From sequence record SRR22947725_1507: a stretch of DNA of 47,989 nucleotides, one strand, 5' to 3'. Below, one piece after another: positions 28,811 to 39,910 of this stretch. The notes below the pieces were generated by a model that ran no database searches, was not told the origin of the DNA, and was given only the letters and a program-made list of their open reading frames with translations. Positions within the stretch are counted from its first letter, which is position 1. Each line of letters begins with the position of its first letter. A program made the translations under genes and the position numbers.

Positions 28811-29937
28811 TAGGATATTTCTTTACGGTACGTACGTCGGCGTTTGTGTAATTGGTGCTCATAGTTTTTCCAAAGGGCTTGTATGGCTTTATTTTCTTCA
28901 AGCTCTGGATTGGTTTCTACCTCGGTAATTCCACGGCGGTTAAACATGTCCTGAATCTCTTGAAAAATGATAGCTGTAACCCCTTTGTTTTGATAGCTTT
29001 CCTCAATGCCTATCAAGTAGAATGCGGCACGGTTATTTTTCCGTTGAGCACGCCACAAACGTAACATGCCCAATACCGACATCTTACCATTAATTTTTTT
29101 CAGTGCTTTTGTAAAGGAAGGCATGGTAATCGTAAACGCAACCATTTTTCCCGTCTCATCGATCACGCATTTTATAAAATCGGGATGGACGTAAGGCAGA
29201 AACTTATCTTTATAATGTGCAATTTGATGTTGCTGTATAGGTACAAACGATTGAAGCTTGCTATAGGTTTGATTGAGCAAGTCAAACATTTCATCAATCC
29301 GAGGTTCTATATCTTCCGTAGTTTTAAAATCGAGAACACGGAGTTTGTAGCGTTCTTTGATAACCTGCGCAAACTTCCGCACCTTTTCAGGAGCATCTTT
29401 AGCATCATAAATGTTGATTTTAAATTCAATCCACTCACTTTGCTTCACCAAGCCCAATTGCTCCAAATGTTCTTTTTGATAGGGGTGATGATACCAAGTA
29501 ATCATGGTATTCATGTGCTCAAAACCATGAGTTAATATCCCAGCTTTGTCCATATTAGAAAAACCCATAGGCCCTTCAATATAGGTCATGCCTTCAGCAA
29601 TTGCCACACCTTCAACAGCGCGCAATAACTTTTCACTTACTTCAATATTGTTTATGGTGTCGTACCAACCAAAGCGCACCTTTGTCTTTTTGAGTTCTTC
29701 AACTTCTACCCAATTAATCATGGCTGCAACACGCCCAACAACAACACCGTTCTTTTTTGCCAAAAAAAGTCGTGCCATAGCATGGTTAAAAACCCTGTTT
29801 TTTTTGGGATTAAAAGTGTCGTATTCTTCTTTGGTAATAGGAGGGACCCACTGTTCGTAATTTCGATACAATTCAAAAGGAAATTGAAAAAACGCACGGA
29901 ATTGCTTTCGGTTTTTAACTTCAATAACTTCAATCAT
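28807..29937 (-). CDS. YghO-like tandem GNAT-fold acyltransferase
   Basis: WVPP, VVGRVAA, RFGW, GPMGFS, YQNKGV acyl-CoA loop and ELEEN. Confidence 0.7.
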   Translation of the reverse strand: MIEVIEVKNRKQFRAFFQFPFELYRNYEQWVPPITKEEYDTFNPKKNRVFNHAMARLFLAKKNGVVVGRVAAMINWVEVEELKKTKVRFGWYDTINNIEVSEKLLRAVEGVAIAEGMTYIEGPMGFSNMDKAGILTHGFEHMNTMITWYHHPYQKEHLEQLGLVKQSEWIEFKINIYDAKDAPEKVRKFAQVIKERYKLRVLDFKTTEDIEPRIDEMFDLLNQTYSKLQSFVPIQQHQIAHYKDKFLPYVHPDFIKCVIDETGKMVAFTITMPSFTKALKKINGKMSVLGMLRLWRAQRKNNRAAFYLIGIEESYQNKGVTAIIFQEIQDMFNRRGITEVETNPELEENKAIQALWKNYEHQLHKRRRTYRKEISY

Positions 29938-31025
29938 CGTAACTTCCTTAGCTTTCTTTCTATTCGTTTTTGCTCTTTATCCAACTTGCGTAATCCTTTA
30001 TTGCTCCGTTTTTCAGATTTTCGATTAAATTTATTTTGACGATTTGCCGCCTTACGATTCTGACGTGATTTTTTCAATTCATTATAACTCTGAGGTTGCC
30101 CAACAAAATCATTATGGCGGTCAATGCGAAACGACACCCCAACACCGGCTGTCATAAGTTGTGGCGTTTCTTTTACTGAACGTTGCAAAAAAGTATCTAG
30201 TTGAAGGTTGGATGATACTAAATAAGCAAAACCCGTAGCAAGGGTAGTGTCGGTATATAATATGCTGTCATCAATGCGATATTCAATGAAGTACGACCAG
30301 TCAGAACGCGTGCTATATGTTAAGGTTCCAATTAACTTTTGTTGTGTGATTTCAGCACCAATATAGCGCATGCCTAAGTTGTGAACGAGTACCAATCCAG
30401 GGCGTAAATGCTGCTGTAAGATTAAGGTTGCTTGCCCCGATACAGTAGGCTCTGTAATTGGTTTGAAATTGAATTGGTATAATTGATGAAAGTTTTCTTG
30501 ATACGGAAATGTTCCAGACGTACTAAATTGAGCACCACCATAAATAGATACTGCAGGTACTAAGTCACGCCAACGTAAACGTCGGTTAGCATGCCAGCTG
30601 TATACATTTACTGCATATTTATCTACTCTTCGAAATGGATCAAAAACTAGGTATTTTATTCCTGCTGAAAAATCTCGCGGAGCATTACGATCTATTTTAT
30701 ACGCGCCTAGTGAATTTGAATATGACAATGCATCTATTTGGTAGTCAACAGAACCAACAAGTTCTAGTTGCTCTCTAAACACCCCAATGCGAAGCTCTGT
30801 TTTTGTTCCTAAGCCAATATATGAAGCATCGTATAGGGCGGAAAAAGAACCTTGCCGTAAGGAAATGCCCTGCTCAAGTTGGTAAACACTTTTACCCACT
30901 GCAAAGGCACCCATTGATTGACTGGGCCTGTTACTATTAATAACGTCGGTGTACTGTGCATGTATATTATTTAGCACAAAAACAACGAGAATAATACTAA
31001 AACTATAAGATGAAAACCATCGCAT
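29934..31025 (-). CDS. Outer-membrane beta-barrel 'transporter' (MetA-pathway-like) with basic tail
   Basis: Signal peptide, QYTDVINSNRP and GVGVSFRID. The -7 element TATCTTTG at 31029-31036 puts the start at ATG 31025. Confidence 0.65.
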   Translation of the reverse strand: MRWFSSYSFSIILVVFVLNNIHAQYTDVINSNRPSQSMGAFAVGKSVYQLEQGISLRQGSFSALYDASYIGLGTKTELRIGVFREQLELVGSVDYQIDALSYSNSLGAYKIDRNAPRDFSAGIKYLVFDPFRRVDKYAVNVYSWHANRRLRWRDLVPAVSIYGGAQFSTSGTFPYQENFHQLYQFNFKPITEPTVSGQATLILQQHLRPGLVLVHNLGMRYIGAEITQQKLIGTLTYSTRSDWSYFIEYRIDDSILYTDTTLATGFAYLVSSNLQLDTFLQRSVKETPQLMTAGVGVSFRIDRHNDFVGQPQSYNELKKSRQNRKAANRQNKFNRKSEKRSNKGLRKLDKEQKRIERKLRKLR

Positions 31026-31082
31026 ATTCAAAGATACATCAATTATAAATTCTGTTAGTTACGGATAGAGTTGTATTTTTGA

Positions 31083-33473
31083 ATGATGATGTATGCTCGG
31101 TTTCGTTTTTTGTTACCTCACATTTTAGTAACGGCTTTTTTTGTCGTTATATCGCTTGCATATTTCTACCCTGTATTATCGGGCAACTCGCTTGTTCAAT
31201 CAGATATTGTACAGTTTAAAGGGATGCAACGTCAAATTTTGGAGCATCGTGCTGAATTTGATGAAGAGCCTTATTGGATTGACAACGCATTCGTTGGGAT
31301 GCCTACCTATCAAATTACATCCAAGTATCCGTATGACGTGCTGCGTTACATAGACAATGCACTACGCTTTCTTCCACGTCCTGCAGATATGCTGTTTTTG
31401 TATTTGTTCTTCTTTTATCTTTTTGCACAAAGCCGTCGATTTTCCATTCCCGTATCTGTTTTTGGATCCTTGGCATATGGTTTTTCTTCGTATTATATCA
31501 TTATTTTAATGGTTGGACACAATACAAAAGCGATGGCACTTGCCTATGCGCCACTTGTGTTTTTAGGTCTATTTCAGGTATTGCTTGATAAGAACAAGTT
31601 TGGCGTATTGTGGCTTAGTTTAGCCTTAGCACTTCAACTGCATTCAAATCATGTGCAAATGAGTTATTATACACTTGTAATGGCAGCCATTTGGTTTTTA
31701 TTATGGTCACTGCATAAAGTTAAAAACAACAGTACTAAAGCGTTATTACGTCCTTTTGGAATGCTCATTTTATCAGGTATAATTGCTCTGTTGTTAAACG
31801 CACAAGGCGTTTTGGCAACACTTGATTACACCAAACAAAGCACGCGTGGTACGAGTGAACTTACAATAACTCCTGAAGGAGTACCAAAACCGGCTTCAGA
31901 TGGGCTTTCCTTTGACTACATAACTGAATACAGCTATGGAATTTTTGAAACACTCACTTTCATTTCGCCCAATGTAGTAGGGGGGAGCTCTGGAGCTAGC
32001 TTTCCAATGGATAGTGATTTTGTACGTTTTTTACGCACTCTCGATGCCGAAACGGCGAACACAATTTTTCGATATGCACGGCCATACTGGGGAGATCAAC
32101 CCATAGTTGCAGCTCCTGTTTATTTGGGAGTTCTTGTGCTTTTGTTTGCCCTTTTTGGATTAGTCGTAACACAACGAAATACTAAAATCGTTCTGATAAG
32201 CATTATAAGTGTTTCCCTGCTTTTTTCATGGGGCAAGCATGTTCCTGAGATAACTCAATTTTTTATCGACTACCTTCCTTTGTATGATAAATTCCGTGCT
32301 GTAAGTAGTGCCCAGATTATGATTTTGCTCTGTGTGCCTTACGCTGCTATGTTAGGGCTTTCCTACCTGACTAAAGACGCTGTTATTACCCGTAAAAAGT
32401 TACTGCAATTGTACAGTGTTTTAAGTGTGTTTATCCTTTTGATCTTCTTTTTTATAGCTGGTGCCCAAGGTTTTTTCTCTTTTACTTCGGCTAATGAGCC
32501 ATTTGCAGACTATCCAGAAATAATGAGCCCCCTTAAAGATGCGCGTGCCTCTTTGCTTTGGAAGGATATTCAACGGATTATACTTATACTGGTCATTATT
32601 ATTGCTGTTGTTATACTGTTTTGGCGTAAGAAAATTAATATTTCCTTGTTTATAACACTGCTCACTATAGTTCTTTTGACAGATTTGTGGCAACAAAACC
32701 GAAGCTACTTTGATAAAGACCAATTTGTTTCCTCTTTTAAACATTCACACCCTTTTATTGCTACAGCACAAGACAAAGAAGTTTTAAAGGACACTACACG
32801 TTACCGTGTTTTTGAACCGCGCCTTGGTCTTTCAAATGCACGTACAGCTTATTTTCATCGCGCTATAGGAGGATATCACGGAGCAAAACCTGCTGCATTA
32901 CAAGAACTGTATGAGTTTTATTTGCAACAAGAGGACAGTGTCGTTTTGGACATGCTAAATGTGAAGTATGTTTTTGATCCTGCTTATGAAAATGGAGTTG
33001 CTAAACGTGCCTCTGCACTTGGACCAGCCTGGTTAGTCGATGAAATTATTCATGTACCCACAGCTAACGACGCAATTGTTTCTTTAGGCACAATCGATCC
33101 AAAAAAGCAAGCAATTTCGAGGACACTTGATCAGCAACGTTTTAAAACTTCAGAAACAGATGTTATCAATCTTCAGACCCATCAAAATAATCTATTGAAG
33201 TATAATGCAACGGTTCAGCATGAACGCTTAGCTGTATTTTCTGAGCAGTTTTACGCGAATGGTTGGCAGGCTTATATTGATGACGTAGCAGTGCCGCATT
33301 TTAAAGTAAATTACCTTTTACGAGGTATTATTGTTCCACCAGGGAAACATACAATAACATTTACCTATTCTCCTACTGTAATTCAACGTGGTACGTTATG
33401 TATGGCTTCGGGTTGGCTATTGTTTATTCTTGTACTTGGTCTTCTAATTCGAAAACCAAAAGAGATTGCTTAA
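31083..33473 (+). CDS. YfhO family GT-C membrane glycosyltransferase
   Basis: QSDIVQF, GMPTYQ, GHNTK, YWGDQP, IGGYHGAK and VFSEQFY..GWQAYID. True start may be ATG 31086 or 31089. Confidence 0.85.
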   Translation: MMMYARFRFLLPHILVTAFFVVISLAYFYPVLSGNSLVQSDIVQFKGMQRQILEHRAEFDEEPYWIDNAFVGMPTYQITSKYPYDVLRYIDNALRFLPRPADMLFLYLFFFYLFAQSRRFSIPVSVFGSLAYGFSSYYIIILMVGHNTKAMALAYAPLVFLGLFQVLLDKNKFGVLWLSLALALQLHSNHVQMSYYTLVMAAIWFLLWSLHKVKNNSTKALLRPFGMLILSGIIALLLNAQGVLATLDYTKQSTRGTSELTITPEGVPKPASDGLSFDYITEYSYGIFETLTFISPNVVGGSSGASFPMDSDFVRFLRTLDAETANTIFRYARPYWGDQPIVAAPVYLGVLVLLFALFGLVVTQRNTKIVLISIISVSLLFSWGKHVPEITQFFIDYLPLYDKFRAVSSAQIMILLCVPYAAMLGLSYLTKDAVITRKKLLQLYSVLSVFILLIFFFIAGAQGFFSFTSANEPFADYPEIMSPLKDARASLLWKDIQRIILILVIIIAVVILFWRKKINISLFITLLTIVLLTDLWQQNRSYFDKDQFVSSFKHSHPFIATAQDKEVLKDTTRYRVFEPRLGLSNARTAYFHRAIGGYHGAKPAALQELYEFYLQQEDSVVLDMLNVKYVFDPAYENGVAKRASALGPAWLVDEIIHVPTANDAIVSLGTIDPKKQAISRTLDQQRFKTSETDVINLQTHQNNLLKYNATVQHERLAVFSEQFYANGWQAYIDDVAVPHFKVNYLLRGIIVPPGKHTITFTYSPTVIQRGTLCMASGWLLFILVLGLLIRKPKEIA

Positions 33474-34710
33474 ATCAAAACACATCGCATTGGTTGTTTA
33501 TTACTGGCCTCCTTCTGGGGGTTCGGGTGTACAACGGTGGTTGTTTTTCGCCAATGCTTGGGCAAAGGCGGGTATACAGTTAACCGTATTTGTGCCATTT
33601 AAGCCAAGAGTTCCCGAACAGGACGAAACGCTGTTAGAAAAGCTTGATTCACGAATTAACACTATTGTAGTAAAGGGATGGGAGCCTCTAAGTAATAGTA
33701 AATCTCCCATTGCTGAAAATATAGGGATGAATAGGGGTTTTAAAAATCAGCTATTTCGTTGGATTCGCGCTAATTTTTTTATTCCGGATGCACGTGTATT
33801 TTGGGCAAAAGCGGCATATAAGCGTTTACGGCAACAATCTAAGCTTACGCCTTTTGATGTTGTGGTTACTTCAGGCCCTCCACATTCGTTGCATCGAGTA
33901 GGGTTAAGCGCTAAAAAAAACTTAGGTCTTTCTTGGGTTGCCGATTTTCGTGATCCATGGACAGGCTTTTTTCAAAACGACAGTCTACCGATGCTTAAGC
34001 GAATTAAACAGATTCATCAAAAGCAGGAACGTGTTGTAGTTACCAAAGCTGATGCTATTGTGGTTACCGCTCCGTCTTTGGCTGCTACTTTTAAGAAGTA
34101 CAATGCGAATACGTATTGCATGACAAATGGCTTTGAACGCATATTGCAACAAACTACTGCTACTCCTCATGCCTTGGTTTATGCGGGAAGTTTAAAAGCC
34201 CAACAAAATCCAAAAACATTGTGGCGTGCTATTGCTGAGCTCACACAAGAAAATGAAGTATTTCGAGCTGAATTTAAACTTGAGCTATATGGGCAGGCCT
34301 CCAATGCTGTTAAAGAAGACATTCGTGCTATTGGAATCGAAAATCATGTAAAACACATGGGATACCTAAGCAAATCAGAAATTGACAAGCGCCTTCCTAA
34401 TGCAAAAGCATTATTGCTATTGGGAATCAATATGCCCAATACTGAAAATGTAATTCATGGTAAGTTGTTTGAATATATGGCAGCTGAACGGCCTATTCTT
34501 GCCATAGGACCAAAACCAAGCGACATGGAACAACTATTTGTAGCGCATAAACTTGGTATTTATACTACATTTGATGACATGGTGACTATCAAAAGCACAC
34601 TTTTGGAGTGGTTTTCTGATAAACAACTCGTAAATGCTAACAGCAACATTGATCAATTTGACAGAGCACATATTGCTAAAGACTACTTAAATTTAATTCG
34701 TTCGATATAA
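33466..34710 (+). CDS. Glycosyltransferase family 4
   Basis: YYWPPSGGSGVQRW, TSGPPHS, ADFRDPW and GKLFEY motifs. Confidence 0.9.
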   Translation: MLKSKHIALVVYYWPPSGGSGVQRWLFFANAWAKAGIQLTVFVPFKPRVPEQDETLLEKLDSRINTIVVKGWEPLSNSKSPIAENIGMNRGFKNQLFRWIRANFFIPDARVFWAKAAYKRLRQQSKLTPFDVVVTSGPPHSLHRVGLSAKKNLGLSWVADFRDPWTGFFQNDSLPMLKRIKQIHQKQERVVVTKADAIVVTAPSLAATFKKYNANTYCMTNGFERILQQTTATPHALVYAGSLKAQQNPKTLWRAIAELTQENEVFRAEFKLELYGQASNAVKEDIRAIGIENHVKHMGYLSKSEIDKRLPNAKALLLLGINMPNTENVIHGKLFEYMAAERPILAIGPKPSDMEQLFVAHKLGIYTTFDDMVTIKSTLLEWFSDKQLVNANSNIDQFDRAHIAKDYLNLIRSI

Positions 34711-36170
34711 TGAATATGCTTACCTCACAATCGACAAAAAACCTCGCTAGCATCATGCTTGGCTTTGGTGTTGGTGCGGTAAACACCTTAGTTTTATATC
34801 CCTATTTTTTTGGAGCTGATCAACAAGGGTTGGTTGTGTTTTTATTGTCGGCATCAAATTTATTAATGCCTCTAATTGGTTTTGGGGTTGCTCAAACGAT
34901 TATTAAATTTCACAGTAGTTATGACGCAAGTCATCAACAGGGATTTCTTTCATTTTCGGTATTACTTCCATTAGTGATTGCCTTGCCGTTATGTTTTTTA
35001 GCTATCTTTTTTCACGATAGCATTGCTGCTTTATTATCCGTTGAAAACCCAATCATATCGAGGTATACATGGGTTATTTTTAGCATTGCATTTGCTACAG
35101 CTTATTTTGAGGTGTTTTATTCATGGGCTAGGGTTCATTTTAAGTCTGTAGGCGGGAATATGCTCAAAGAAATTTATCCACGGATTAGCATCTTTTTGCT
35201 TCTATCGCTTTATGCACTTGAATTAATTTCTTTAGATCAGTTCTTTATTCTTCTTGTTGGGTTGTATTATTTGCGTTTATTGCTGATGATGATGATTGCT
35301 TTTCGCATCCAACCTCCTAAACTCAATCTTTATATACCAACTAATTTCAAAGAAGTATTACGCTATTCGTTCTACCTTGTACTTGCTGCCTCAGCAGGGA
35401 GTTTGATTATTGATATTGATAAATTTATGTTGCCGCAATACAATGCGATTGAACAGACTGCATTTTACGCAGTTGGCATTTTTACGGCTACACTGATTGA
35501 AGTTCCCGGCCGTGCTTTATTTCAAATTCTTAATCCGCTTGTAGCAAAAGCAATTAACACTAACGACACGGGTCAAGTTGCTAGTCTGTATAAAGATAGT
35601 TCGATTAATTTATTACTCTTAGCCGGTTGGTTTTTTCTTTTGGTGAATGGCAGTATCGAAGCTTTATTTGAATTAATTAAAGATGAAGGTTATGGTAATG
35701 CTATTTGGGTAGTGCTTATGATTTCATTTGCAAAACTTGTTTACATGAGTTCTGGGGCATCCAATACCATGCTAATTAATTCTAAAAAATACCGCGTAGC
35801 ATTGATTATAACAATTTTAATGGCACTTTTTGTAGTGTTTGGAAATCTTGTATTTATCCCTATTTATGGGATTAACGGCGCTGCACTTTCTACATTACTT
35901 GTTGTGGTGGTATTCACCTATGTGCGTATGGGATATGTTTACCATTATTTTGGGGTACAACCTTACAATAGAAATACACTTTATGCTTTCGCTATAATTG
36001 GCGTATTATTTTGGGCCATGTCATTTGTGGTGTTCTCTTTTAGCCCAATCGTTTCCATCCTTTTAAAATCCACTCTGATTACGTTGGTTTATGGAATATT
36101 GGTAATCAAGTTGAAGCTTTCATCAACCCTTAATGGAATCGTGGAAAAACGAATTAAGTCTAAGTGGTAA
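34710..36170 (+). CDS. Polysaccharide flippase (Wzx/MOP family)
   Basis: About 14 TM helices, IDKFML, FIPIYGINGAA; follows the glycosyltransferase genes. Confidence 0.85.
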   Translation: MNMLTSQSTKNLASIMLGFGVGAVNTLVLYPYFFGADQQGLVVFLLSASNLLMPLIGFGVAQTIIKFHSSYDASHQQGFLSFSVLLPLVIALPLCFLAIFFHDSIAALLSVENPIISRYTWVIFSIAFATAYFEVFYSWARVHFKSVGGNMLKEIYPRISIFLLLSLYALELISLDQFFILLVGLYYLRLLLMMMIAFRIQPPKLNLYIPTNFKEVLRYSFYLVLAASAGSLIIDIDKFMLPQYNAIEQTAFYAVGIFTATLIEVPGRALFQILNPLVAKAINTNDTGQVASLYKDSSINLLLLAGWFFLLVNGSIEALFELIKDEGYGNAIWVVLMISFAKLVYMSSGASNTMLINSKKYRVALIITILMALFVVFGNLVFIPIYGINGAALSTLLVVVVFTYVRMGYVYHYFGVQPYNRNTLYAFAIIGVLFWAMSFVVFSFSPIVSILLKSTLITLVYGILVIKLKLSSTLNGIVEKRIKSKW

Positions 36171-38916
36171 GCAATAAATTGAACAGACTAGACTTCTTGT
36201 TTACATTAATTTCTTCAGGAGTACCAGTCGCCAAAATATAACCACCATTTGTTCCGCCCTCAGGTCCCAAATCAATGATATGGTCTGCTTGCTCAATAAG
36301 ACTGATATTGTGCTCTATCACAATTAAGGAATGTCCGCGTGCAATTAGGGCTCTAAACGACCCTACAAGTTTATTAATATCATGCATATGTAATCCCGTA
36401 GTAGGCTCGTCAAAGAGAAAAAGTGTTTTGTTTTTCTGTGCCCCTTTTAGTAAAAAGCTTGCTAATTTTATGCGCTGTGCTTCACCACCAGAAAGGTTAG
36501 ATGAGGACTGACCCAAAGCGACATAGCCCATTCCTACGTCTTGTAAAGGCTGTAAGCGGTCTGCAATTTTATTATTCTGATGCTGGGCAAAGAAAGCAAT
36601 GGCTTCATCGATACTCATACTCAATAGATCGTGAATATTTTTGTCTTGAAATTTAGCTTCTAGCACTTCTTTTTTAAAGCGCTTGCCATTACATTCCTCA
36701 CAAATCAAATCTACATCTGCCATAAATTGCATTTCAATTTTAACAGTGCCTTCTCCTTTGCAGTTGGAACAACGACCGCCATCAACATTAAAAGAGAAAT
36801 GTTTAGCCTGATAACCACGCTGTTTAGAAACCCCTAATGAAGCAAAAAGCTTTCTGATTTCATCGTACGCCTTTATGTAAGTTACCGGATTAGATCTAGA
36901 GGACAAACCAATTGGTTTCTGACTAATGTATTGTATATCATCAAAAGCATTTAAATCACCTTCTAAAGATGTAAATTCACCAGACTTATCACCATGAATT
37001 CCTTTCTGCTTTCTTATAGACGGTAGTAGAATATCCTTTACCAACGTACTCTTACCACTTCCTGAAACACCGGTTATTACGGTAAGCATATGCAATGGGA
37101 AGGAAACATCAATATTTTTGAGGTTGTGCTGTCTTGCGCCTTGAATTTGTAATTTTTTTGTTGTTTTGATCCTTGTGCTTGGAAGCGGTATACTAGCGCG
37201 TTTTGACAAGTATTTCCCTGTCCAGGTATCTGCTTTCAGCAACGCTTCAAACGTACCTTGTGCTACCAATTCACCTCCAAAAACTCCAGCATCAGGACCC
37301 AAATCAATAATCTCATCAGACGCACGCATGATGTCATCATCATGCTCTACAACAATTACAGTATTCCCTAAATCACGTAAAGCATGTAATACTGCAATCA
37401 ACCGCTTGGTGTCCTTAGGATGAAGCCCGATACTTGGTTCATCTAAGATATACAACGAGCCAACCAAGCTACTGCCCAATGAGGTTGCTAGATTAATCCG
37501 CTGCGATTCACCACCAGAGAGGGTGCTAGCACGTCGGTTTAAGGTTAAGTATCCAAGGCCTACTTGATTTAGAAAGTGCAATCGATCATTGATTTCGACT
37601 AGAAGCCTACGCGCAATATGTTGTTGATGTTCTGACAATGTTAACTCAGCAATAACTCGGGTTAATTCATTTACAGGCATATCCACGAAATCCGATAGGG
37701 TATAGCTATCTATTCGAACATAATTTGCAGCTTCATTTAGGCGTTTACCATTACATGTATTACACCGAGTTCTGCCTCTATAGCGTGATAATAAAACCCG
37801 GTTTTGAATTTTGTAACTCTTAGCTTCTAATTTGGCGAAAAACTGATTGATTCCTTTAATCCCTTTTGATCCATCCCATAATATTTTTTTATGCGCGTCG
37901 GTGAGCTCAAAATATGGTTTATGTATTGGGAAATCAGCGAGGTGTGCATTATTTATAAATCGCTCCAAGTGGCGGCTTAGACTTTCGCCTTTCCAGGGTG
38001 CCACTGCACCTCCGAAAACAGATAAATTGGTATTTGGAATAACCAATTGCTCATCGACTCCGATAAGATCTCCATAACCCTCACAAGTTGGACAGGCTCC
38101 AAGAGGATTATTAAAACTAAATAAATGCTCGTTGGGTAGCGTAAATGTCATTCCGTCTAAGGCAAAACGATTAGAGAATTCACGGAGAGTATCGCTTTGA
38201 ATTGTGTAAACCTGCATCGTACTGTTTCCTTCATGAAAAGCAGTTTCTATGGATTCTGCCAAGCGATTATAAAAATCATCATCACTTTGAGTAATTACTC
38301 GATCGATAACCAGTACAATTGGTTGATTTACTTTAATGTCAACATCATCAATACGGACCATTGTGTTGTTTATCCATAATCTAGCAAAGCCTTGTTGTTT
38401 GTATAAATCAATGGTTCCTTCTAAGGTTCTATTTTTAGACACCGTAATTGGAGCAAGGATAAGGAGTTTTTCTTTTTCGTTATGAGTTTTGATGTAGGCT
38501 AGGACATCTTTGGTGCTATCTTTCTTAACTTCATTCCCAGAGAGTGGAGAGTAGGTTTTTCCAATGCGAGCAAATAGTAATTTTAAATAATCATAAATTT
38601 CTGTTGCGGTTCCAACTGTGGACCTGGGGTTGTTGCTTATAACTTTTTGTTCAATTGCAATTGCAGGTGCAATACCATTTATCTGATCTACTTTTGGTTT
38701 GTTCAGCCTACCTAAAAACTGCCTAGCATAGGAAGATAAACTTTCTACATAACGTCGCTGACCTTCTGCATATAAGGTATCAAACGCTAATGAGGATTTT
38801 CCTGAACCTGACAAGCCTGTGACAACAACAAGTTTGTTGCGCGGGATGTTAACATCAACGTTTTTAAGGTTGTGCATTCGAGCACCCTTTATTTCAATAT
38901 TCTTGTTTGTGTTCAA
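36160..38916 (-). CDS. uvrA: Excinuclease ABC subunit A
   Basis: Two Walker A motifs ([18 protein letters not shown]), two LSGGE signatures and CxxC zinc fingers. Confidence 0.96.
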   Translation of the reverse strand: MNTNKNIEIKGARMHNLKNVDVNIPRNKLVVVTGLSGSGKSSLAFDTLYAEGQRRYVESLSSYARQFLGRLNKPKVDQINGIAPAIAIEQKVISNNPRSTVGTATEIYDYLKLLFARIGKTYSPLSGNEVKKDSTKDVLAYIKTHNEKEKLLILAPITVSKNRTLEGTIDLYKQQGFARLWINNTMVRIDDVDIKVNQPIVLVIDRVITQSDDDFYNRLAESIETAFHEGNSTMQVYTIQSDTLREFSNRFALDGMTFTLPNEHLFSFNNPLGACPTCEGYGDLIGVDEQLVIPNTNLSVFGGAVAPWKGESLSRHLERFINNAHLADFPIHKPYFELTDAHKKILWDGSKGIKGINQFFAKLEAKSYKIQNRVLLSRYRGRTRCNTCNGKRLNEAANYVRIDSYTLSDFVDMPVNELTRVIAELTLSEHQQHIARRLLVEINDRLHFLNQVGLGYLTLNRRASTLSGGESQRINLATSLGSSLVGSLYILDEPSIGLHPKDTKRLIAVLHALRDLGNTVIVVEHDDDIMRASDEIIDLGPDAGVFGGELVAQGTFEALLKADTWTGKYLSKRASIPLPSTRIKTTKKLQIQGARQHNLKNIDVSFPLHMLTVITGVSGSGKSTLVKDILLPSIRKQKGIHGDKSGEFTSLEGDLNAFDDIQYISQKPIGLSSRSNPVTYIKAYDEIRKLFASLGVSKQRGYQAKHFSFNVDGGRCSNCKGEGTVKIEMQFMADVDLICEECNGKRFKKEVLEAKFQDKNIHDLLSMSIDEAIAFFAQHQNNKIADRLQPLQDVGMGYVALGQSSSNLSGGEAQRIKLASFLLKGAQKNKTLFLFDEPTTGLHMHDINKLVGSFRALIARGHSLIVIEHNISLIEQADHIIDLGPEGGTNGGYILATGTPEEINVNKKSSLFNLLLTT

Positions 38917-39002
38917 TGGAAATTAATCAAGCGTTAAAGATATAGATTAGTCCTAGTTATTTAAAAAAGAAAGTAGAATAGTTAAGTATAAAATATGTTT
39001 TC

Positions 39003-39010
39003 TATATTTG
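39003..39010 (+). promoter_or_regulatory. -7 promoter element for the ECF sigma gene
   Basis: TATATTTG matches TAnnTTTG. Confidence 0.55.
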
Positions 39011-39080
39011 AACAACTCAAAACAATACCTATAGAAAGACATTTACTCTAATTAATTATTAAACTTAAAAAGAGCAAATT

Positions 39081-39662
39081 ATGTCTATTACACCAGATAA
39101 CGTGCTGATTACTCAGTACTTAAGTGGTTCTAACGAAGCGTTTGACACGCTCCTTTCACGCTACAAACAACGTATATATAGTTTCATTTATTCCAAAATT
39201 AAAGACAAGGAAATAGTCGATGATATTTTCCAAGACACTTTTATTAAGGTTATTAAGTCGTTAAAAAAAGGAACTTACAACGAAGAAGGACGTTTTTTAT
39301 CTTGGGTGATGCGTATCGCACACAATTTGATTGTAGATCATTTTAGACGAAAAAAACGCATGCCTATGTATGATTCGCATGACAGTGCATATGATGTTTT
39401 TTATAAAATGTCTGAACCATCAAAAAACGTAGAAGATTCTTTGATTGATACCCAAATAAAGTGTGACTTAAACACGTTGATGCTTGAATTACCACAAAAT
39501 CAACTCGAGGTACTTCGTATGCGCTTATATCAAGACATGAGTTTTAAAGAAATAGCGGAGCGCACAAATGTAAGTATCAATACTTCCCTTGGTCGTATGC
39601 GGTACGGGCTAATCAATTTACGGAAATTAATAGACGAACGTAATTTGACGATGACGCAATAA
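39081..39662 (+). CDS. ECF-type sigma-70 factor
   Basis: Region 2 (DDIFQDTFIK..SWVMRIAHN) and region 4 (MSFKEIAE..VSINTSLGRMRY). Confidence 0.93.
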   Translation: MSITPDNVLITQYLSGSNEAFDTLLSRYKQRIYSFIYSKIKDKEIVDDIFQDTFIKVIKSLKKGTYNEEGRFLSWVMRIAHNLIVDHFRRKKRMPMYDSHDSAYDVFYKMSEPSKNVEDSLIDTQIKCDLNTLMLELPQNQLEVLRMRLYQDMSFKEIAERTNVSINTSLGRMRYGLINLRKLIDERNLTMTQ

Positions 39663-39697
39663 ACTAAAACTGTGTGCGTTATCCAATTAAACAAAAT

Positions 39698-39838
39698 ATG
39701 GATAAACTCTACCCAGTATTACCATCAAAAAACACTCCCAGCCCTAGCAAGGCTTCGCTATTGTTAATCAAACAGTTCGCAGCTGTATATCAGCCCATGA
39801 AGACTCAAGGGACGAACACAGATTTTATAGCGAATTAA
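39698..39838 (+). CDS. 46-aa small protein downstream of the ECF sigma (not in ORF track)
   Basis: MDKLYPVLPSKNTPSPSKASLLLIKQFAAVYQPMKTQGTNTDFIAN*; A-rich leader. Confidence 0.65.
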   Translation: MDKLYPVLPSKNTPSPSKASLLLIKQFAAVYQPMKTQGTNTDFIAN

Positions 39839-39910
39839 CGTTTATTTAAATATTGATAAGCTGTCAGATATAGACTTATTACATCTTGAATTTTATCTGT
39901 TATAACTAAG

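Noticed and set aside
38995-39042. Inverted repeat ATGTTTTCTATA/TATAGAAAGACAT around the sigma promoter
   Set aside because: AT-rich and bulged, and the left arm is upstream of the likely TSS; too weak without conservation data.
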